A stretch of 64,000 nucleotides of DNA, taken from contig JAGMCL010000133.1 of NCBI GenBank assembly GCA_023129165.1, positions 10,668-74,667 of the forward strand, given 5' to 3'. Below the pieces are notes generated by a model. That model was given only the letters and a program-made list of their open reading frames with translations, did no database searches and was not told where the DNA came from. Below, piece after piece: positions 17,429-26,995 of this stretch. Position 1 is the stretch's first letter, and every line of letters starts with the position of its first letter. Made by a program: the position numbers and the translations under genes. The DNA comes from a candidate division WOR-3 bacterium. GTDB lineage: Bacteria; Hydrothermota; UBA3073.

Positions 17429-20317
17429 TTAGCTTCCTGATTTAATAATCTTAATTTCTTCCTTTGTTAAACCATAGAGTTTATAGACAAGTGAGTCGAT
17501 TTGTTTGTCGAGGATATCTATCTGGGTTTTATACATCCTTTTATCATTTTCCAATCTGGCAGAATGAAACTTCTTCTGCAGTTTTAACATCTTCTCCACC
17601 ATCGCCACCAATTTATCATGCATTGCTTTTTCAGATGGATTGGAAAAGTCAATTTTACGAATGGGTAGCTTTTTTAGATTTATTGCTAAGACTTTAGCAA
17701 AGGTTTTCCCCTTGTTCATTGAATAACTGTTGTGAATAAATCCAATTAGGCTCGAATTCAAAAGTCCAACTATATATAATATAGATTCATTTGTCTCTTT
17801 ATTTAGCTGAACACCATAAGCCAGAGAGTCATAATAAAAACCTTCAGTATCATATGTGGCAATAATATAATCTGCTGTTTTCCTTATTAATATTTTATTT
17901 GATTTATATATTTCTGGTTTCCTTAATGCGAAATCAACTCTTTTTTGAGGTGTCATACCATCTTTTGATTTTGTATCTGAAATCTTAACTCGATATCTAA
18001 GACTTGAATCGTAATTCACCCAAGTGCCTGACCATTTAAGAAAATACGGCTGTATATCACGACCTAAAACCATCTCCTTGTGAGTACTTGTTTCTTTTCT
18101 ATCTGAAAGTAGAATATGCCTAATATTCCCCGGGTTCAATCCGTTTGATACAACTGTAATTTCTCCTAGTTCTTTTGTTGGGACTTTTATTTGAATAGGA
18201 GCAGTATAAAATATTGCTTCTTTATTTATTAATAGCTCACTTTGAACAGTTTCTATCTTTTCTATAATATCGAATTTGGGAAACACATTTGTAACTTTAT
18301 AATATTTCAGAGTTTTTTTAATGGGATTTAACGTTTTCTGTGCAAAAAACAATATAGAGTCTCCTACCTCTGCATTTTGAAACACTTTATCTCTTATTTC
18401 AATTATCTGTGGAATTGCATAATTTCTCAGCAAAGTAGCTCTTGTCTTTGAAAAATAAGCGTTGAAAACCAAAGACTTTGGAATAATGAATCCAAGTAAT
18501 GAATCTTTTGAGCCGAGTAACTGTAGACCTTTTTCTAAAAACAAAATATATGTATTTGTTTTATATGATGTTAAAGTAAACCTTCCACTGCAAAAGTAAG
18601 ATTGTTCAGCCTCTCTATCAGAGCCTATGAGTACATACGGTGGATTTCCTATTACTACATCAAATCCTCCATTCTGGAAAATGTCGGGGAAGGCACTTTC
18701 CCAATCGAAGACATTAATTCGCCTCATCTCGGCTTCGTCAAAAAGAGTTGTTTGCTGAGTATCGTAGAAATCGGGTCCAATCAGAGAGTTACCGCATTTA
18801 ATATTGTTTGATAAATCGGGTAAAAGCTTCATCTGGGTATATCTGAACAGCCGACCTGTTGACTCTTCTGTCTCTCCTTCCAAAAGTTTAAGAAGAAGTG
18901 AGAGTTTAGATACCTCAACTGCCTGAGTATCTATATCCACTCCAAATATATTATTGAGAAGAATTCTCTGTTTCTCTGTAATAGTTAATTGATAACTATC
19001 TTTTCCTATTTGTATAATCTGTCCTTTCTTCAATGCCTTTCTTAAATTTTCACTTTTGGAATACCACTCTAAATGATAGTTTAAGAGCTCTTGATAGGCA
19101 CCGAGAAGAAAACTCCCAGAGCCACAGGCAGGGTCAAGGAGCTTTATCTTGTCAATCTGTTTTGGAGCTTTTTCTTTAATAATTTTTCCAACAGTATTTT
19201 TAACAATGTATTCAACAATATATTTTGGTGTATAATATACTCCACCTGCCTTTTTAACCTCTGGTTTTTCTTCTATCTTAACCTGATGTGAGGGTGTTAG
19301 ACGAATGGTTTTACCGAGAAATTGCTCATATATATTCCCAAGAATTTCTACATCTAAAACAGAAAATTCATAAGGCGATTCTGGATAGTACACGGATTTT
19401 AGAATATCTTTTATCGGTTTATCATCAACAGAAATAGATTGAGTAATCCTATCCTTTTCAAAATCAAATAATCCACTGTTGTATTTTTTATCGGAGTGAA
19501 GGAAAACCTGCATCAATCTTCTATATGTGTTGGTTCCGTTTATTAGGATCTGAAGTTTTCCATAATCCTCAATCTGCCTGTCTTCTGTTATACGTAGAAA
19601 TATAATCCTATCAACAATTTTCTGTATAGCGAAGTTTAATTCATAAAGGGATAAACTCTTATTTCGAAGGGCAATATTCTTTGCAAGTTTCTCCCTCCAT
19701 TTATCAATAAGTTTTAAAAATTCTTTATCTACCTCTGATGTACCTCTTTTTTTCTTGTTTGATTCTACATATCTGTCAAAACTTCCTTGTAAAATACCCT
19801 CTTTGGAGAATGTTTCATATATGAATTCAATATTTTTGAGATAATCTTTATATCCACAGTAGAAGATACGGGCACAGGAAGCCGAATCTTTTGGTGTGGG
19901 TTTAATTCTGGTGTCATACACAGAGAATTCCTCAAAATCTGTGAGGATAGAGAGAGGTAATTTTGCAGTATAGGCATATCTTCTCAATTGATAGGCTGGC
20001 GATATTTCATGCTTTAGGTCTCTAACTGGTTTTTTTGCCTCTACGAAGAATTTTCGTATTCCACCTATACGAAAGGAGTAATCAGGTGCACTGTGCTTAC
20101 CTGCAACGATAACTTTTGCTTCTCTTACAACTTCACGATATTGCTCAGCATAACCCTGTTTGTTGGCAACGTCCCAGCCTAAGTTTTCAAAGAAAGGGTC
20201 TATAAAGTCAGTACGGGTATTCGCCTCATCGTAATTTAGTTTCTTATATTGAGAGATATTCTCTCCAAATCTCTTTACCAATTTTCCAATATGTCTCTTT
20301 GCATTTATTTTATCCAT
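17429..20317 (-). CDS. type IIG restriction enzyme / N6-adenine DNA methyltransferase fusion
   Basis: N-terminal PD-(D/E)XK-like module (PDYSF ... FFVEAKKP), SAM motif I DPACGSGSFLL, catalytic motif IV VVIGNPPY, and a long C-terminal specificity region. Confidence 0.8.
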   Translation of the reverse strand: MDKINAKRHIGKLVKRFGENISQYKKLNYDEANTRTDFIDPFFENLGWDVANKQGYAEQYREVVREAKVIVAGKHSAPDYSFRIGGIRKFFVEAKKPVRDLKHEISPAYQLRRYAYTAKLPLSILTDFEEFSVYDTRIKPTPKDSASCARIFYCGYKDYLKNIEFIYETFSKEGILQGSFDRYVESNKKKRGTSEVDKEFLKLIDKWREKLAKNIALRNKSLSLYELNFAIQKIVDRIIFLRITEDRQIEDYGKLQILINGTNTYRRLMQVFLHSDKKYNSGLFDFEKDRITQSISVDDKPIKDILKSVYYPESPYEFSVLDVEILGNIYEQFLGKTIRLTPSHQVKIEEKPEVKKAGGVYYTPKYIVEYIVKNTVGKIIKEKAPKQIDKIKLLDPACGSGSFLLGAYQELLNYHLEWYSKSENLRKALKKGQIIQIGKDSYQLTITEKQRILLNNIFGVDIDTQAVEVSKLSLLLKLLEGETEESTGRLFRYTQMKLLPDLSNNIKCGNSLIGPDFYDTQQTTLFDEAEMRRINVFDWESAFPDIFQNGGFDVVIGNPPYVLIGSDREAEQSYFCSGRFTLTSYKTNTYILFLEKGLQLLGSKDSLLGFIIPKSLVFNAYFSKTRATLLRNYAIPQIIEIRDKVFQNAEVGDSILFFAQKTLNPIKKTLKYYKVTNVFPKFDIIEKIETVQSELLINKEAIFYTAPIQIKVPTKELGEITVVSNGLNPGNIRHILLSDRKETSTHKEMVLGRDIQPYFLKWSGTWVNYDSSLRYRVKISDTKSKDGMTPQKRVDFALRKPEIYKSNKILIRKTADYIIATYDTEGFYYDSLAYGVQLNKETNESILYIVGLLNSSLIGFIHNSYSMNKGKTFAKVLAINLKKLPIRKIDFSNPSEKAMHDKLVAMVEKMLKLQKKFHSARLENDKRMYKTQIDILDKQIDSLVYKLYGLTKEEIKIIKSGS

Positions 20318-20369
20318 TTCTCTATATTTTTACACTTCCTTCTTAATTATATCCTTAAACTCTTTTTAT

Positions 20370-20398
20370 ATTCTACCACCGATTTTATTAAATGTCAA
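20370..20398 (-). promoter_or_regulatory. sigma70-type promoter (TTGACA - 17 bp - TGgTAGAAT)
   Basis: Reverse complement reads cTTGACAtttaataaaatcggtggTAGAAT, ~50 nt upstream of the R-M start. Confidence 0.6.
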
Positions 20399-20559
20399 GA
20401 ATTTTTTCTGAGGATGAAGTTCTTACTTAATGGAAGTAGGTGGTTCAAAAATGTAAAACGCAACTATGGCATGCTTTATCACCACGCGCTAAGGGTAAGA
20501 TCGAGAGACCTTATCCAAACTTGTTACATTGTCTTAATAGGTGTTACTAACTATCTAGC

Positions 20560-20619
20560 TTCGCCCCGCCAAAGGCGGGGCTCCTACCAATTATCGTCCG
20601 TCAAACGACGGATTCCTAC
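20560..20619 (-). repeat. two tandem REP-like hairpins (CCCCGCC and CCGTC stem classes)
   Basis: ttcgCCCCGCCaaaGGCGGGGctcctac (20560-20587) and atcgTCCGTCaaacGACGGAttcctac (20593-20619). Confidence 0.8.
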
Positions 20620-20682
20620 CATCACTTATCATTTAACCTAATCAACCAATTAACTTTTCAACTAATCAACTCTTATCTCATT

Positions 20683-21363
20683 TCAACATTTAATTAATCC
20701 CACATCTTTCGGATTAATATTTATAATCTCGCCTGGTCTGAGATTTCCCAGCAATAAATTTCCTATCCTTATTCTCTTTAAAGACAAAACTCTTATACCA
20801 AATGCCTTAAACAGCCTCTTTACCTCTCTCTTTTTACCCTCAGTCATAATAACCCGTGCGGTTTTGCCTGTCAAAGATACAGAAACTACCCTTAAAACGT
20901 CATTATCAGATTCTACTCCCTCAATCATCTCGCCTATCTCTTTCTCATCTGGTTTTCTCGATAGTAGAACCTTATATTCCTTCTCAATATTAAATTTAGG
21001 ATGAGTGATATTAAAGGCAAAATCCCCGTCGTTTGTGAGGAGGAGAAGTCCTTCTGAATCTTTATCAAGTCTACCAACCGGGAATACATCCAATCCTTCA
21101 GGAAGGAAATTCTTCAAGGTGACATTTGCATGAGGGTCTGAGAGTGTTGTTGTACAACCACTGGGTTTATAAAAGGCTAAATAGACATATTTACGTCTTT
21201 TTACCAATTTTCCATCAACAGTAATCTTATCTATATCAGGATTAACAACAGTACCAACCTCTGCTACAACTCCATTAATCTTAACTCTTCCTTCACCTAT
21301 GATATTATCTACTTTTCTTCTTGAGGCAATACCAGCCTCACTAAGAAATTTATTAATCCTCAT
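20683..21363 (-). CDS. pseudouridine synthase, RsuA/RluB family
   Basis: N-terminal S4 domain (MRINKFLSEAGIASRRKVD) and catalytic GRLDKDSEGLLLLTNDG motif. Confidence 0.85.
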   Translation of the reverse strand: MRINKFLSEAGIASRRKVDNIIGEGRVKINGVVAEVGTVVNPDIDKITVDGKLVKRRKYVYLAFYKPSGCTTTLSDPHANVTLKNFLPEGLDVFPVGRLDKDSEGLLLLTNDGDFAFNITHPKFNIEKEYKVLLSRKPDEKEIGEMIEGVESDNDVLRVVSVSLTGKTARVIMTEGKKREVKRLFKAFGIRVLSLKRIRIGNLLLGNLRPGEIININPKDVGLIKC

Positions 21364-21573
21364 TTAAAATATCAACCACAGATTACACAGATAATCACAG
21401 ATAAATCAAAATTCAAAATCATTTCACCTTCAACATTCAACAATCAATTATTCAACTAATCAACTAATCAACATTCCTTTTAACTTTTGCCTTTTGACTT
21501 TTTACTTTTGCCTTTTTACTTTTGCCTTTTGACATTTCCCTTTCCCTCTTTCACCGTTTCCCCGTTTCTCTCT

Positions 21574-21662
21574 TCGCAACGAGGACGTTGCTCCTACCAC
21601 ATTCAACATCTAACATTTCACATTCAACCTACTTATCGCCCCGCCTTTGGCGGGGCTCCTAC
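21574..21662 (-). repeat. two REP-like hairpins separated by AACAT word array
   Basis: tcGCAACGaggaCGTTGCtcctac (21574-21597) and atcgCCCCGCCtttGGCGGGGctcctac (21635-21662). Confidence 0.8.
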
Positions 21663-21747
21663 CACATTCAACATCCAACATTTAACATTCCACATTCAAC
21701 ATTTCATTAGTCAATCTTCAATCTAAAATCTAAAATCTAAAATTACA

Positions 21748-23226
21748 CTATCTTCCAATCCTGTAGTCCTTTCCTATGTCCTTATCGGTTACTATTAACT
21801 CCCCATAATTCACGTCCGAGTCAATTTCGAACTCTATACGCAATCTTTTCATCCTCATTAATTTCTTCAGGTTATTCCATTCAGTTGTCTTAAGGTAACT
21901 TATGATATAATCTTTTGCTCTGATTTTAAAATGCTTTCTTCCCTCAAGAGAAAGAAGTGTCTGCTCAAGCCTTGATGTAACATCTGACAGCGAAGGTATA
22001 TGTCCAGTTCCTTCACAAACAGGGCAATTATCAAAAAGGATACGGCTTAAAGAGAATCGAGCGCGCTTTCTTGTAAGCTGAACAAGACCTAACTTGGTCA
22101 TTCCGTATACTCTACTCCTTGACTTGTCTTTCTTTAATTCCTTTTTCAGGGTGTTTACGACCTTTCTTTTATTTGATGCATCATGCATATCAATAAAATC
22201 AATGACAATTACCCCACCTTTATTTCGAAGTCTCAACTGCCTCGCAACTTCCTTTGCCGCCTCAAGGTTGGTTGTAAGGCTCATTACTTCTGCATCCTTG
22301 TGACCTTTGAATGATCCGCTGTTTACATCAACAGCAACAAGCGCCTCGGTCTCTTCAATTATTATATATCCACCTGATGGAAGTTTTATCTTCTTTTCGA
22401 AACTCCTCTTGAGCCATTCATTAACCTTATATACATCAAACAGTGGAGTAGTCAAATTATGTAATTTTATTCGCGAAAGATAGATAGGAGAATATTTCTT
22501 TACATATCCGTAAATTCCCTTGTATGTACGCTTTGAATCCATAATAATTAAATCCACATCAGGAGCAAGGTTATCTCTCACATATGCGGTTATAAAATCA
22601 GCATCCTTATAAAGAAGATATGGAGCTGTCTTCTTACACGCTATACTCTCCAATCTTTTCCACATTTTTAAGAGCATCTTAAGGTCTCTTTTCAACTCAC
22701 CTGGTTCTATTTTCTGCGCTGCAGTTCTTATTATAACCCCGAAATCGGGGGGTTTAATATCCGTCACTATTTTCCTCAACCTGTACCTCTCTCTTGGATT
22801 TGATATCCTTCTTGATATTCCAGTATGTTTTGTCCCAGCCATCAGAACAAGATATCTTCCAGGTAATGAACAATACTGGGTAATTCTTGCACCCTTTTTA
22901 TCAATTCCTTCTTTGGTAACCTGAACAAGAATCTCATCTCCTTTGGTCAACTTTCTCTCCTCCAGAAGTTCCTCTGCAAGTTCCTCTCCCTCGAGTAGCT
23001 CCTCCCTCTCCCTTGTTAATGAAAGGAATGCCGACCTTTCAACCCCTATATTGATAAATGCTGCATTAAGTTCAGGATTGACGGATAGTACTTTTCCTTT
23101 ATAAATATTACCAACTCTCTTTTCAAGACCTGGACGCTCAATAGAAAATTCTACGAGAACATCATCTTCTATAACCGCCATCCTATACTCATCCAGTAGA
23201 GTTGATATTAGTATTTTCTTTTTCAT
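21748..23226 (-). CDS. rng: ribonuclease G/E family protein
   Basis: S1 domain (GNIYKGKVLSV), the catalytic DNase-I-like region (VAVDVNSG) and a Zn-link CPVCEGTG, typical of Rne/Rng. Confidence 0.85.
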   Translation of the reverse strand: MKKKILISTLLDEYRMAVIEDDVLVEFSIERPGLEKRVGNIYKGKVLSVNPELNAAFINIGVERSAFLSLTREREELLEGEELAEELLEERKLTKGDEILVQVTKEGIDKKGARITQYCSLPGRYLVLMAGTKHTGISRRISNPRERYRLRKIVTDIKPPDFGVIIRTAAQKIEPGELKRDLKMLLKMWKRLESIACKKTAPYLLYKDADFITAYVRDNLAPDVDLIIMDSKRTYKGIYGYVKKYSPIYLSRIKLHNLTTPLFDVYKVNEWLKRSFEKKIKLPSGGYIIIEETEALVAVDVNSGSFKGHKDAEVMSLTTNLEAAKEVARQLRLRNKGGVIVIDFIDMHDASNKRKVVNTLKKELKKDKSRSRVYGMTKLGLVQLTRKRARFSLSRILFDNCPVCEGTGHIPSLSDVTSRLEQTLLSLEGRKHFKIRAKDYIISYLKTTEWNNLKKLMRMKRLRIEFEIDSDVNYGELIVTDKDIGKDYRIGR

Positions 23227-23268
23227 ATATTGATTAATAAATTAGGCATTTTGTATCAAAACTGACTA

Positions 23269-23297
23269 ATTATACCACAAAAACATTACTATGTCAA
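23269..23297 (-). promoter_or_regulatory. sigma70-type promoter (TTGACA - 17 bp - TGgTATAAT)
   Basis: Reverse complement reads aTTGACAtagtaatgtttttgtggTATAAT, ~40 nt upstream of rng. Confidence 0.7.
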
Positions 23298-23445
23298 TAA
23301 GTTTTTATATATCTATGAATTATTTATTCAATAGGAAGTCTGGCAGAAGTTAAATTAGGGCATTTGAGTTCTTTACAAGATGGTCAGCAGTCTCTTGTGC
23401 TTTTTTTGAAGTGTAGTTATTTAAGAAGTGCCTTAAAAAGCGTAT

Positions 23446-23922
23446 TTAACCTAACATTGATCCGAGCCAATCTCCAACATAATGCGTTATAATTATGACT
23501 ACTAATGCTATAAGCAGGTGTTCCAGGATAATTTTCCAGGGTTTTACTTTTTGCTCTTTAGCAATATAGTAACTAAAAATTCCTAATAAATTTAGTCCCC
23601 CCAATATACTTACGATAATTGCTATTTCTAATGGAAGCAATAAAACAGGAATAACAAATGTAATTGCAAAAAGAAATTTTGCTCCAAATGTGGAAATTGT
23701 TGCCTCCCAGATTTCTCTGTTAGTGTGTATATTCTCAGATTCTTCAGAAACATGAATACCCAATGCATCTGAGAAAGCATCTGCTATAGCTATTGTCAAT
23801 ATGCCACCAATAACAACAAGTTTTGAATGAGTGCCAGAATGTAATCCCACCATTAACCCAAGTGTTGTGATTATTCCTGAGGTTAAACCAAAACTAAATC
23901 CTGTCTTTAGTGAATGTTTCAT
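23446..23922 (-). CDS. VIT1/CCC1-like small membrane protein
   Basis: Multi-TM protein with a GLMVG ... IAIADAFSDALGIHVSEES pattern resembling the VIT family. Confidence 0.5.
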   Translation of the reverse strand: MKHSLKTGFSFGLTSGIITTLGLMVGLHSGTHSKLVVIGGILTIAIADAFSDALGIHVSEESENIHTNREIWEATISTFGAKFLFAITFVIPVLLLPLEIAIIVSILGGLNLLGIFSYYIAKEQKVKPWKIILEHLLIALVVIIITHYVGDWLGSMLG

Positions 23923-24104
23923 AATAATATTTTGTAATCACAAAAGATCAAAAACTAAATTATACCTTATTACACTTTGAGACAGCAGATAAACCATAAA
24001 CTAACTAATTTTTCTTTTAAATCCCCATGTTGTTTTTTAGGCAGATTGCAAGGCGCCTGCCTGCCGGTAGGCAGGTTGGCGTTAAGATTTCCATCCTCAT
24101 ACTA

Positions 24105-25124
24105 TCAATGAATAACACCCCTAAGATGAATTATTATGATCGGCTGTTTTTCAAAGTTGGTGTAAAGTTCCAAATCCTCCTCAAAATAACCCTCTAGGGC
24201 ATCAGTCGTTGGTCTTAATATTATCCTGTATACCTTTTTCCCTCCTTTCAGTCCTAACAATAAAAATTCAGAAGTGAAATATCCCAACTTATCCTTCGCT
24301 CCAATAATATTATATCCCCTTTTTGCTCCAACATCCAATGATACTTCAAAGATTACCGAATCTCCTTTATTTACCTCAAAATCATATACCTCTGGTGAAA
24401 ATTCGACTTTACCGAGAACCAAACCTAAAATTGGTACCTGTATTATAGGCTGTATCTTGCTATTGGTGTAAATTCTAAGTGTATCAAGAATCCTCCCCTG
24501 GGGGGTTCTGGAACTTAAAGTCACTATAACCTCAAATCCCTTTTTATCTCCTTCAGAATATTTTACACTCTCCAAAGTAACGTATTCTGATAGAATTTCT
24601 AATTTCTCAATCTCCAATCTCTCAAGTGCTACAGGTAGTACAGTCAATTTCCTGAAATCACTCTCACCTTCATCAATTAATCCAAAATCCAACCTTATAG
24701 GATTAACCACAAGGTCAATTTTTACCATCGCAGTTATCTTAAGCGTGGTTATAGGTTCATCAGGATCATTGGAATGTACAAAGACTTGCTTTGTTATCCA
24801 TCCATCATAACTTCTTGAGTAGAATGTTACCTTAATCTCACCAGTTCCACCTGGTTCTATCTCTGTCGAAGTAATATTAACTGCAGTGCAACCACATGAA
24901 CTTCTAACCTTCTCAACGTTTAAAACCCCCTGCCCCGCATTTGTGAATTTGTAAATATGGGTTATCTTATCTCCTTTATATACTTCACCAAAGTCGAATA
25001 TCTTTTCTTCAAACTGGATATCTGGAGGAGTAGACTCCTTGAGATTATCTACCTCATCAGCAAATACATTGCAGAAAAGCAAGATGATGGCTACAACTAA
25101 AATTGAACTAAGTATAGCCCTCAT
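24105..25124 (-). CDS. DUF1573 domain-containing secreted protein
   Basis: Signal peptide and FDFGEVYKGDKITHIYKFTNAGQGVLNVEKVRSSCGCT, the hallmark DUF1573 block. Confidence 0.7.
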   Translation of the reverse strand: MRAILSSILVVAIILLFCNVFADEVDNLKESTPPDIQFEEKIFDFGEVYKGDKITHIYKFTNAGQGVLNVEKVRSSCGCTAVNITSTEIEPGGTGEIKVTFYSRSYDGWITKQVFVHSNDPDEPITTLKITAMVKIDLVVNPIRLDFGLIDEGESDFRKLTVLPVALERLEIEKLEILSEYVTLESVKYSEGDKKGFEVIVTLSSRTPQGRILDTLRIYTNSKIQPIIQVPILGLVLGKVEFSPEVYDFEVNKGDSVIFEVSLDVGAKRGYNIIGAKDKLGYFTSEFLLLGLKGGKKVYRIILRPTTDALEGYFEEDLELYTNFEKQPIIIIHLRGVIH

Positions 25125-25136
25125 TTCAACCCCTTT

Positions 25137-26705
25137 CTAAAAGATATAAAATATCAAAAATCCTGCCAGACAGAAAAAAATCAACGCCATTATAAGTTTC
25201 ACTATTTTACCTTTCTTCTTCCAGACAGCAGTAAGATGTTCTGATGTCATACCCTTATACGCCAGTATGAATATGAATATCAGTGGTATGATAAAACAAA
25301 AATTATATAATAATAAATAAAATACTGCCCTAACCTTTAGCGAGGGTATATTAGAAACGAATACTATGGTGGGTAGATAGACCTGACCTGTACAGGCAAA
25401 TTCAAGGAGAGAAATAAAAATACCCGTAATAAAGGCAGCAAGCAAGTAATTCTTCATTTTACTCTTTTCATGTATTACCTTGTGGATTTTCTTATGTAAA
25501 AAATCTGGTAGTTTTAGTATCGACTCATCATAATCACCTTTCTTATATTTCGTATAATCGTAAATGCATAATCCTCCAAGTACAATTGCCACACCTGCAG
25601 TAAATATGTATACTATCCTTGCCAGAATAGGTATAAACAATAAAGACTGTATAAATTTTAAAAATCCCAATCCTATTAAAAGGTAGGTTATGAAGACAGC
25701 TGAAGTGAAGGTCAATCCAACAAGCAATAATGCTCTTCCTTTTCTACCAATAAGAGCAAGATAGGATATAAAGAAGATAATAGTCACAAAAGCGCAAGGA
25801 TTAACCCCATCTGTAAGCCCGGCTATAAACACAGTAGTTATCTCCAAACCTTTAAATCTGCTAATTATATTCTTCTCAGCCTCTTTTAGGTAATCTTCTG
25901 CATCCTCCCAGGGTGGTTTTGTTCCTTTATACCTATATCTTTCGATAAGTTCAATCAAATTCTTATCATTTATATCATCTGTAATCAAATAATCCTGTCC
26001 AGTATAGACAGATGGGGTTGCCATTCTTTTAATATCAGGTACATTATAAATCTCGCCAAGTGCCTCTGCCAGTTTTTTTGTCTTTCTATCAGCAATGTTA
26101 AATTTCTTAACCACAAGGTTTGGGTATTTCCATTGCAGATATTTTATTTGATATTCAGCACGGTCACATTTTGGGCAGCCTGGTTCATAAAAGTAGGCAA
26201 GATAGACTTCAATTAGTTCATGTTTATTTCCGCTTTTTTCTCGCTGCTCTTCCAAGATAGGTTTTTCGGTATACTGTGTGTCTTTTATTAAATCTATCCT
26301 TTGAAATGGAATCCCATCTTTTGAATACTTATTCAATATCGTTTCAAGTTCTGCCTCTATCGCTTCGAATCCTAATAAGAAATTCCCTATTACCATAATC
26401 GGGAATTCATTATCTGTACTATAAAATGCCTCTTCAAGTTTGACAAGAGCCTCGTAATTTTCTATTTTACTTATATCAAAATACCTTATACTCACCCGGT
26501 CTTGATATTCAGATATTATCTGAGGGAGGAATTCATATATTATATATTGACAATTCTCGCAGTCCTCTTCATAAAAAACAAACATACAAATCTCAGACTC
26601 TCCTGAGTCAGCATAAGATGATACAGTGATAGAAATTAGCGATACTATCAATAAATTGATTATCATTTTAGATCTGATCATATTCATAAAATCCCTTTTT
26701 CGCAT
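25137..26705 (-). CDS. thioredoxin-like / CcdA(DsbD)-type thiol-disulfide transfer membrane protein
   Basis: Two periplasmic CxxC motifs (CENC, CPKC) followed by a CcdA/DsbD-like TM core (GLTDGVNPCAF, EFACTGQVYLP). Confidence 0.6.
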   Translation of the reverse strand: MRKRDFMNMIRSKMIINLLIVSLISITVSSYADSGESEICMFVFYEEDCENCQYIIYEFLPQIISEYQDRVSIRYFDISKIENYEALVKLEEAFYSTDNEFPIMVIGNFLLGFEAIEAELETILNKYSKDGIPFQRIDLIKDTQYTEKPILEEQREKSGNKHELIEVYLAYFYEPGCPKCDRAEYQIKYLQWKYPNLVVKKFNIADRKTKKLAEALGEIYNVPDIKRMATPSVYTGQDYLITDDINDKNLIELIERYRYKGTKPPWEDAEDYLKEAEKNIISRFKGLEITTVFIAGLTDGVNPCAFVTIIFFISYLALIGRKGRALLLVGLTFTSAVFITYLLIGLGFLKFIQSLLFIPILARIVYIFTAGVAIVLGGLCIYDYTKYKKGDYDESILKLPDFLHKKIHKVIHEKSKMKNYLLAAFITGIFISLLEFACTGQVYLPTIVFVSNIPSLKVRAVFYLLLYNFCFIIPLIFIFILAYKGMTSEHLTAVWKKKGKIVKLIMALIFFCLAGFLIFYIF

Positions 26706-26796
26706 TTCTACCTTTCGTTTTTATTATGATTTATGGTTCATCTCCAATTTAGTTGGTTTAAATGATATTCAAGAGATGCTAAACCTATTGATGATG

Positions 26797-26937
26797 AACT
26801 AGTGCTGGGTCAGCAAAGGTAATTTCGCTTTTTTAAGAATATGGTAGGCGCAAGCTTCAACCTGCGAATTACAACGCAACCTGAAGGTTGCGGCTACCTC
26901 TAAAATGTAATATACCTTACCTTACACAGCACTAGTT
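26797..26937. repeat. MITE-like unit: 11-bp inverted repeats enclosing two GGTAG-headed hairpins
   Basis: AACTAGTGCTG (26797-26807) pairs with CAGCACTAGTT (26927-26937). The interior contains ggtaggcgcaag... and GCAACCtgaaGGTTGCggctacc. Confidence 0.5.
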
Positions 26938-26995
26938 ACTAAAAAAATGGGATTAGCCAAAGGTTGAATAAGAATTTGGAGATAGCAGTATATCA

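Noticed and set aside
20249-20641. 130-aa plus-strand ORF upstream of the R-M gene.
   Set aside because: It spans the R-M promoter and two REP units. It has low-complexity hydrophobic composition and no RBS.
21487-21726. Track ORFs lying entirely in repeat DNA: 21487-21726, 21522-21710, 7580-7780, 7587-7841, 38846-39136, 47832-48116 and 46201-46524.
   Set aside because: Their translations are low-complexity echoes of word repeats (HIQHLTF…, PNKLNKPGK…, PFAIYHLPFP…). They have no RBS, and they overlap REP units or real genes on the other strand.
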